A stretch of 49,395 nt of DNA, from IMG/VR virus record IMGVR_UViG_3300033475_000038, positions 1 through 49,395 of that record. One strand, written 5' to 3'. Each line of letters opens with the position of its first letter. Position 1 is the first letter of the stretch. A program made the translations under genes and the position numbers. The notes under the pieces are model-generated. The model saw only the letters and a list, made by a program, of their open reading frames with translations. It searched no databases and had not been told where the DNA came from. Source of the DNA: a virus. Taxonomy: Duplodnaviria > Caudoviricetes. This document shows, in pieces, positions 43,674 to 49,395 of this stretch.

Positions 43674-44024
43674 CTAGTCCTGTTGGGCGGGCCGGGCGGT
43701 GACGCGGATGTCGTTGCCCTCGACGACCCCGTGCTCGATGCCGCGCTCGCTGATGATCGTCGCCTCGTGCGCCATTGCGCCGCGCGTCTCGATCGGCGGC
43801 TCCTTGCCGTAGATCTCGTCGGCGGCCTCGGTCACGTCGGCGCAGCTCATGGCGATCGACGCCGCGCCCCACTTCCCGCGCTTCCCGGCCTCGCGGATCG
43901 CCTTGCATGTTCGCGTGATGTACTCGTCACGCGACAGCTTCGCGCGCTTCGCCTTGCGCGCTCGCTTGATCTCCTGGGCGAGCGGGCTCTGGTCCCGGAT
44001 CTCGCCGTACAGCTTGGTTTTCAT
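43674..44024 (-). CDS. Basic hypothetical protein (116 aa)
   Basis: GGAG RBS; K/R-rich N-terminal half (KRARKAKRAK); the stop codon abuts ribozyme 1. Confidence 0.7.
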   Translation of the reverse strand: MKTKLYGEIRDQSPLAQEIKRARKAKRAKLSRDEYITRTCKAIREAGKRGKWGAASIAMSCADVTEAADEIYGKEPPIETRGAMAHEATIISERGIEHGVVEGNDIRVTARPAQQD

Positions 44025-44083
44025 CGTGGACTCCGTCGTGGTGGTGAGGCGGCCCGCTGCGTCGCGAACCGCCAGGGCGTCGG

Positions 44084-44218
44084 CTAGAGCGACGCCCAGA
44101 ACAGGTAGCCGAGGAACGTGATGACCCCCGCCATGATGACGTTGTCCGCTGAGTTATCCGTCACCGGCGTCGGCGTCACGCATTGCGTGGTGCAAGAGCT
44201 GTAACCGTAGGCCCACAT
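44084..44218 (-). CDS. Small membrane peptide (44 aa)
   Basis: Absent from the ORF track. Strong SD GAGGAGGUG; MWAYGYSSCTTQCVTPTPVTDNSADNVIMAGVITFLGYLFWASL. Confidence 0.6.
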   Translation of the reverse strand: MWAYGYSSCTTQCVTPTPVTDNSADNVIMAGVITFLGYLFWASL

Positions 44219-44250
44219 CTGAAATCACCTCCTCATGAGGAAACGTGAAT

Positions 44251-44309
44251 GCCAGGACTTGGGACCTGGCCGTGCATTAAGCCGAGCAGCGTCGCCCGGC
44301 CCCCTCTGC
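44251..44309 (-). ncRNA. Twister-like self-cleaving ribozyme, permuted (P5-type), copy 2
   Basis: GCA-GAGGG-[P1 GGCCGGGC/GCUCGGCU]-UAA-UGC-ACG-GCCAGG-UCCCAAGU-CCUGGC; predicted cut U44279^A44278. Confidence 0.8.
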
Positions 44310-45181
44310 TAGACGCCCGCGAGCGCGGTCTGCGCCGGGTCCGTGTCCTCCTCCATCGACTTGCCCAGCTTCGCGAGGAGCGTCGCCTCGGCCGTGTCGA
44401 TCGCCTCGGTCAGCTTCGCGGCCTGCGCGCCGACGAGCGTCGCGTAGGCACCGACGCGCTCGCGCAGCTCGGCGACGCGGGTGAGGCGGCGGGACTTCAC
44501 GTCCGAGCGGATGCCCTTCTCGTTCAGCTCGTCGATCGCTTCCTTCAGCTCGCCGATCTGCTTGAGCATGTAGTCGGTGATCGTGTTCGCGATCGACTCG
44601 TCCGAGCCGTGGCCGATCGTGCAGGCGAAGCGCGAGAGCGAGCCGCCGATCTCGTCGAGGATCGAGGCCATCTGGCCGATGACGCCCTGGCCGCTCGGGA
44701 TGAAGTACGCGCCGCCCTGGTCGCGCACCGGGATAAGATCGGAGCCTGCGCCGCTGACGACGCGCTGGAGGATGCGCGTCACGTCGCTCGCGGTGCGCGT
44801 CTCGATCACGAGCTGGTCGGCGTCGGCGACCGCCTGGCGCAGCGCCGGGTCGTCCGTGGTGAGGCGGTTGGCGATGTCGTCGAAGTCGATCGCCGCCTCG
44901 CGCGTGTACGTCAGCGAGCCCGAGGCCGCGTGATCCTCGCGCGTGATCTGGCGCGTGGTGTGAGCGACCGGGCGAGCCAGCTTCTTCACGTCCTTCGCGC
45001 TGGTCGTCTTGGCGATGTAGCTCGCCGAGCGCGCGACGCGAGAGGCCGGGCGGAGATCCGGCGCGAGATCCGGGTCGAGCCCGGCGGCGATGATGCCGTT
45101 GCGGAGATCGTTCAGCTTGACCGTGGCCGGAACCGACCAGGAGACGATGAAGCCGACAGGTGCGTTGATGTTGCTGGTCAT
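44309..45181 (-). CDS. DUF6744/DUF3150-like protein associated with AAA-VWA modules
   Basis: GAGG RBS; VGFIVSWSV, IPVRDQGGAYFIP and a C-terminal coiled coil. Confidence 0.6.
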   Translation of the reverse strand: MTSNINAPVGFIVSWSVPATVKLNDLRNGIIAAGLDPDLAPDLRPASRVARSASYIAKTTSAKDVKKLARPVAHTTRQITREDHAASGSLTYTREAAIDFDDIANRLTTDDPALRQAVADADQLVIETRTASDVTRILQRVVSGAGSDLIPVRDQGGAYFIPSGQGVIGQMASILDEIGGSLSRFACTIGHGSDESIANTITDYMLKQIGELKEAIDELNEKGIRSDVKSRRLTRVAELRERVGAYATLVGAQAAKLTEAIDTAEATLLAKLGKSMEEDTDPAQTALAGV

Positions 45182-45192
45182 GGGAGGGGTCC

Positions 45193-46578
45193 TCAGTTCG
45201 TGGTGGTCGTGGGGCCGATCGACAGCACGACATCGACGGCCGGGTTGTTGAGATCCAGCTCGGGGAGACACCAGACGCCGCCGTTGCAGAAGCGGGCGAG
45301 CGTGGTGGTCTTACGGACTCCGACGCCGATGCCGAACGTGCGGAGATTCATGCGCTTCGAGAACGCCTGGTACTCGGCCAGCAGCTCCTCGGTGATGCCG
45401 ACATCGTCGTCGGTGATGATGATGTGATCGGACTGCGCGCCGATCTTGCCCTCGGGCCAGGCTTCGGTGGGCAGCGTGTGCAGCGGGCCGACGAGCGAGG
45501 TGCCGCCGCAGAAGAACGACTCCAGCCACTCGACGATCACCTCGGGCGAGCCGGACGCGCACCGGATCTCGGGCGTGCCCGACCAGGCGCAGAGGAGGAA
45601 CGGCCGCTTCTGCGCGCGAGCGATCGACGCCATCGCCAGGGCGAGCCCCTTCGCCGCCTCGATCCGCTCGCCGCCCATGCTCGCCGACTCATCGACCGAG
45701 ACGACGATCGGTCCCATCTGGACCGGCGTCCGCAACGTGCGCCGGTAAGACAGCGCCCGGCGCTGGGCGAGCCTCGCCAGGGCAAGAACTTCGAGTTCTG
45801 GTACTGCACCAGCCACCAGGCTCGACTCGACCGGCAGAAGGCGTCCTAGATCGCCGGACAGCTCGATGCCGGTGATCTCCATGCCGGGGAGATCGAGCCG
45901 CTGCCGCTGAAGCCGCTGGGCCTTGGCGATGAAGCGGCCCGCCATCTTCATGATCCCGGCGAGGTTGGTCGAGCCCCGCAGGCGGCGCGTGTACTGCGCG
46001 AGCTGCTTCGCTTCGAGCGAGCTGCCGGAGCCGAGCCCGAGCCCCGCGCCGACCGCCTCGGCTTCTTCGGCCGCCTGGTTCGCTTGGCTCAGCGCCTCGC
46101 GCGTCGAACGGATACGCGCGACCGACTGCTCGGGTGACTCCTCCTCGCCGTCCTCGGCCTGGTTGTCGCCCTCCTCGACGGCGTACGCGATCCACTGCTT
46201 CGCCAGCTCGGCGGCAGCGATCTCGGCTACGGCCGCCGACGCCACGGTGCGCGAACGGAGCGCCGCGCACTCGGGCGACTGCATGAGCTGCGACCACCAG
46301 CGGGCGCGCGTGGCGTCCTTCGGCCGCTCGGCCAGCGTCGGCTTCGAGCTGAGCAGGGTCTCGATCGCGTCGGCCGCGACCGGCGCGTCGTCCTTCGTCA
46401 CGCCCTCGACGCCCAGCTCGCTCCACTGCTCGGCGAGCCGGGTGCCCGTGCGCTTCGTCCAGCGATCGGTGCGGAGAACCGTCTCCGACTCCTCGGCAAA
46501 CTCGCTGGTGTGGGACGCGACGGCACCAGCAGCCGCCGCGCCTTCCCCGAGGAGCTGCGTGAGTTCTTCGCTGCTCAT
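45193..46578 (-). CDS. VWA-domain protein (ViaA/CoxE-like)
   Basis: GIELSGDLGRLLP.E; MIDAS motif VSVDESASM ... GGTS ... IITDD. Confidence 0.88.
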   Translation of the reverse strand: MSSEELTQLLGEGAAAAGAVASHTSEFAEESETVLRTDRWTKRTGTRLAEQWSELGVEGVTKDDAPVAADAIETLLSSKPTLAERPKDATRARWWSQLMQSPECAALRSRTVASAAVAEIAAAELAKQWIAYAVEEGDNQAEDGEEESPEQSVARIRSTREALSQANQAAEEAEAVGAGLGLGSGSSLEAKQLAQYTRRLRGSTNLAGIMKMAGRFIAKAQRLQRQRLDLPGMEITGIELSGDLGRLLPVESSLVAGAVPELEVLALARLAQRRALSYRRTLRTPVQMGPIVVSVDESASMGGERIEAAKGLALAMASIARAQKRPFLLCAWSGTPEIRCASGSPEVIVEWLESFFCGGTSLVGPLHTLPTEAWPEGKIGAQSDHIIITDDDVGITEELLAEYQAFSKRMNLRTFGIGVGVRKTTTLARFCNGGVWCLPELDLNNPAVDVVLSIGPTTTTN

Positions 46579-47678
46579 GCGGACAGCATCGCCTCGATCT
46601 TGGCTTCCGAGAGGCCCATGATGCGGCCCTGGAGGCGAACGTGGGCGGAGTTGACGTACTTCACGACCTTCGCCGCGCGCCCGTTGGCACCGGGCTGGCT
46701 GGCGAGCTGCTTCGACTCCTTGACCAGCGTCTCGATCTTCGTGACGGCGTCGAGCCGAGCCGCCGCGTCCGTCGCCGCACGCATCAGCTCGTCAGTCTCG
46801 GCGAGGATCGAGTCGAGCCGGGCACCGAGCGGGTTCGCGATGGCGACGATCTTCTGCGCCGCCGGAGCCGCCTGCTCGGGCGTGGTCCAGAGGACCCACT
46901 GGAGGCATTCGAGATCGGCCGACTCGACCGTCGTGCCGCCGCGCAGCAGCGCCGCCGCCCGCGCGATCTTCTCGGAGGTGCGGAGCCGACGATCGCTGAC
47001 GGCGATGCCCGCCTCGTCCAGCTCGTTGAGGATCTGGTCGAGCGTGTCGAGCGCGGCCGGGCTCCAGGCGATCTTCTTCGCCTCGTCAGCGGCGTGGTTG
47101 ATGTCCTGGAGCGTGACGACCGGCATGATGACCGGCGGCGAGAACGCGAGGAGCTGACGACGGAAGCCGGAGCCGAGGTACTGCACCGACGCCCGCAGCG
47201 CCCAGCGGTCGAGCATGGCCGCGTCCTCGGGCCAGGTGTTCGCCGAGCCGATGCAGCTCACGAGCGGCATCTTGAGCTGCGACGTGCCGATGAGCGCCTG
47301 ACGCTCGGGACCGAGCGCGTGCAGCAGCGAGTCGAGGATGGCGGGCGAGGCCCGCCCGACTTCGTCGAGGTAGGCGATGTGCGCCTCGGCGAGATAGCCG
47401 CCCGTGACGTGCTCGTAGCGATCCTGTCGGAGCGCGGAGATCGAGACCGGCCCCCAGATCGCCTCGGGGGCCGTGGTCGGCGACAGCAGGCGCTCGAAGT
47501 AGCGCGAGCCGTCGATAAGGGACGCCGCAGCGCGACAGAGCTGCGACTTGCCGGTGCCCGGCGGGCCGACGAGCAGCGCGTGCTCGCGAGCGACCAGCGC
47601 CAGGGTGATGATCGAAGCCTCGCGCTCGCGCCCGAGGAGTTGCGCGGCAATCCCGTCGCGCAGGGTCGTGATGGTCAT
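46575..47678 (-). CDS. MoxR/RavA-family AAA+ ATPase
   Basis: REHALLVGPPGTGKS, YLDEV, ILDSLL, SAN, AMLDRW, VSDRR. Confidence 0.92.
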   Translation of the reverse strand: MTITTLRDGIAAQLLGREREASIITLALVAREHALLVGPPGTGKSQLCRAAASLIDGSRYFERLLSPTTAPEAIWGPVSISALRQDRYEHVTGGYLAEAHIAYLDEVGRASPAILDSLLHALGPERQALIGTSQLKMPLVSCIGSANTWPEDAAMLDRWALRASVQYLGSGFRRQLLAFSPPVIMPVVTLQDINHAADEAKKIAWSPAALDTLDQILNELDEAGIAVSDRRLRTSEKIARAAALLRGGTTVESADLECLQWVLWTTPEQAAPAAQKIVAIANPLGARLDSILAETDELMRAATDAAARLDAVTKIETLVKESKQLASQPGANGRAAKVVKYVNSAHVRLQGRIMGLSEAKIEAMLSA

Positions 47679-47721
47679 CGGTAGCTCCAGTTCGAGTAAG
47701 TGGGAGACGGTCCCGGCCTCA

Positions 47722-47751
47722 AGATTACAACCGGACCATTGGTCCTGTCAA
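47722..47751 (-). promoter_or_regulatory. Sigma70-like early promoter with palindromic operator in the spacer
   Basis: Minus strand TTGACA-N18-TAATCT (or N16-TGTAAT); perfect dyad GGACCA-A-TGGTCC at 47733-47745. Confidence 0.7.
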
Positions 47752-47769
47752 CAGTCGAGTTAAGTGCCG

Positions 47770-47852
47770 GTCCAGTGGACACATACGAGGACGGTCCTGT
47801 GGACTGTCCGGTGGACGGTCCACTAGACAGTCCGGTGGACAGTCCGGTGGAC
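47770..47852. repeat. Second GTCCnnnGGAC 12-bp-period array (six good units plus one degenerate unit)
   Basis: Units start at 47770, (47782), 47794, 47806, 47818, 47830 and 47842. GTCCGGTGGAC is the reverse complement of GTCCACCGGAC in the rep-gene array. Confidence 0.9.
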
Positions 47853-47867
47853 AAGTAGTTGCAGAGC

Positions 47868-47896
47868 TTGCGATTAACCCCCGGCTAGGGTACTCT
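47868..47896 (+). promoter_or_regulatory. Rightward promoter for the terminase-region operon
   Basis: TTGCGA-N17-TACTCT; the spacer contains ACCCCCGGCTAGGG. Confidence 0.55.
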
Positions 47897-47942
47897 GACG
47901 CCTGAGATTGCTGGGGTAACTCGTTGCCCAGCCTGGGGGAAC

Positions 47943-48143
47943 ATGAGACTTCACATCACCAGCCGAGACACGGCAATCCGACTGAAGCAATGCACAGCTC
48001 GCCTGGAGCTGGAGCTGCCCGCGCACTGGCACTGCCTGCCGGTCGAGGAGCAGAACCGCGAGCTGGAGCTGGCCGCTGGCCGCGCCGTCGCCGACACGTT
48101 GCGCGCGCTCGACATCCACCGCGCGCTCGCTCGAAGCGCGTGA
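47943..48143 (+). CDS. Hypothetical protein (66 aa)
   Basis: GGGGGA RBS; first gene after the promoter. Confidence 0.55.
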   Translation: MRLHITSRDTAIRLKQCTARLELELPAHWHCLPVEEQNRELELAAGRAVADTLRALDIHRALARSA

Positions 48144-48787
48144 CGGCTCCGGCCGAAGCGACGGTCCAGTCCGGGCCGCCTCCGATGTCCGACGCCGAGA
48201 TAGCCAAGCTCGGCAGCGCCGCGCTCCCTCGCATCGGCCACGAGATCGCGGCGATGCTCAACTCGAAGGTCATTCGACGGTACGTGCAGGCGGTCCTCGC
48301 AGAGCGTGCGATCGGCCGCCTGTACGACATCGGCATGGGCGTGACGCAGTTCACCGTGCCGACGATGACCGGGAAGCTCGTCGTCGTCCCAGCCGCCGCC
48401 AGCGTGCAAGTCAAGGCGCTGACGGCGGTGCTCGCGATCGGGCTGCCGCACACGCACTCGGTGATCGACGACGACGGCAACGTGCTGCCGGGCATCTTCG
48501 CGATGGGGCCGCTGGAGCTGGATCAGGCGCGGCGCATCGCGCACGGCGATCGGTACATGGAGACGCCCGAGGCGACGATCGCCGAGTCGCCGAAGCCGAT
48601 GGCGGAACGCATTGCAGCGGGCGAGTTTACCGTGGTCGAGCTGGACGAGACCGCTGCGGTTGCAGCTCGCGATGATGACGCCGCTCCGCCCGCGAACGGG
48701 AACGGCGCGAATGGTCACACGAACGGCGCGGAGACGCCCGAGCAGCGCGCGCTCGCTCGGCACCGTGCTCGAACCCGGAGAAGCTGA
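48140..48787 (+). CDS. Hypothetical protein, terminase small subunit candidate
   Basis: GTGA coupling; helical hairpin AIGRLYDIG...ASVQVKALTAVLAIG resembles TerS oligomerisation helices; upstream of TerL on the circle. Confidence 0.45.
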   Translation: MTAPAEATVQSGPPPMSDAEIAKLGSAALPRIGHEIAAMLNSKVIRRYVQAVLAERAIGRLYDIGMGVTQFTVPTMTGKLVVVPAAASVQVKALTAVLAIGLPHTHSVIDDDGNVLPGIFAMGPLELDQARRIAHGDRYMETPEATIAESPKPMAERIAAGEFTVVELDETAAVAARDDDAAPPANGNGANGHTNGAETPEQRALARHRARTRRS

Positions 48788-49029
48788 TGCCCTCGATCCT
48801 CAAGCGCGTCCTCCAAGAGCTGAAGGAGAACCGCGCCGCCGAGCGTGCCGCGAAGCCGCGCCCGAAGCTGGTCACGAACCCGCACTGCAAGGGGTGCGGC
48901 ACGTACGTCGAGAAGGGCCAGGAGTTCTGTGCGACCTGCGTCGCGAAGCGCGGAGCGCCGCAGCCGTCGATCGTGCTGACTCCAGTGAAGGAGCCAGCGT
49001 ACGCGCGCAAACCCACTGCCGAGGAATGA
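48787..49029 (+). CDS. Small Zn-ribbon protein
   Basis: TGATG coupling; HCKGCG...FCATC. Confidence 0.65.
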   Translation: MPSILKRVLQELKENRAAERAAKPRPKLVTNPHCKGCGTYVEKGQEFCATCVAKRGAPQPSIVLTPVKEPAYARKPTAEE

Positions 49030-49032
49030 GCC

Positions 49033-49287
49033 ATGCCGGGGGTCGGTCCAACGCTCAACGAGTACGAGCAGGGAACGCTGCACAGCGGCTCGAAAAACGG
49101 GCCGATTGTCCGGTCGAGAAAGCAAGCAATCGCGATCGGGCTCGACGAGGACCGGCGCGCGGGCAAGTCAGTGCCGCCGCGCCCGAAGAAGCGCCGCCCG
49201 ACGATCGGCCGCGCGATCGAGGAGAAGCTGGAGGGCGGTCGCGACAGCCGCGCCGAGGACATGCGCGAGCGGATGATGCGACGTTGA
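49033..49287 (+). CDS. DUF6496-like small basic protein
   Basis: GAGGA RBS; EYEQGTLHSGSKNGPIVRSRKQAIAIGL. Confidence 0.75.
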   Translation: MPGVGPTLNEYEQGTLHSGSKNGPIVRSRKQAIAIGLDEDRRAGKSVPPRPKKRRPTIGRAIEEKLEGGRDSRAEDMRERMMRR

Positions 49288-49395
49288 GATCGGTCGTCGA
49301 GGCGGCGACGCTGCTGCTTCGCGATCTCGATCTCTCGATCCACGACGACGACTACATCTACCTGGCGAACCCCGAATGAAGGCACACCTGCGCTA
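49269..49395. repeat. 127-bp terminal direct repeat (copy 2)
   Basis: Identical to 1-127. Confidence 0.97.

Noticed and set aside
47770-47852. CRISPR-like or mini-array reading of the GTCC/GGAC repeats
   Set aside because: The period is 12 bp with no unique spacers and there are no cas genes. The array matches the rep-gene iterons instead.

Overview
This is an apparently complete, GC-rich tailed-phage genome with a unit length of 49,268 bp. Bases 1-127 repeat exactly at 49269-49395, most likely as an assembly overlap of a circular contig. The virion module looks podovirus-like: TerL, P22-like portal, scaffold, capsid, three adaptor-ring paralogues, fibre/lectin proteins, nozzle and three ejection proteins with no tape measure. 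It is followed by a CHAP-endolysin lysis cassette, a rightward recombination/replication operon (YqaJ, ERF, initiator with internal iterons, 5'-3' exonuclease, HD protein, DEDDh exonuclease) and a leftward early operon (MoxR-type AAA ATPase, VWA, small HTH genes). No integrase is visible. The strongest unexplained signals are: (1) two circularly permuted twister-ribozyme-like RNAs with compensatory changes that bracket a 699-nt two-gene segment of the early transcript, which could be excised and circularised; (2) an apparently intact GGDEF diguanylate-cyclase domain lacking an I-site inside the 2765-aa ejection protein; (3) a probable Acb2/Tad1-like nucleotide-sponge fusion next to TerL; (4) a second copy of the origin iteron array between the divergent promoters; (5) a shared CCCCCGG-N3-GGG box at three promoters; (6) a signal-peptide-like leader on the major capsid protein. 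All family assignments come from motif recognition by eye, and no searches were run.
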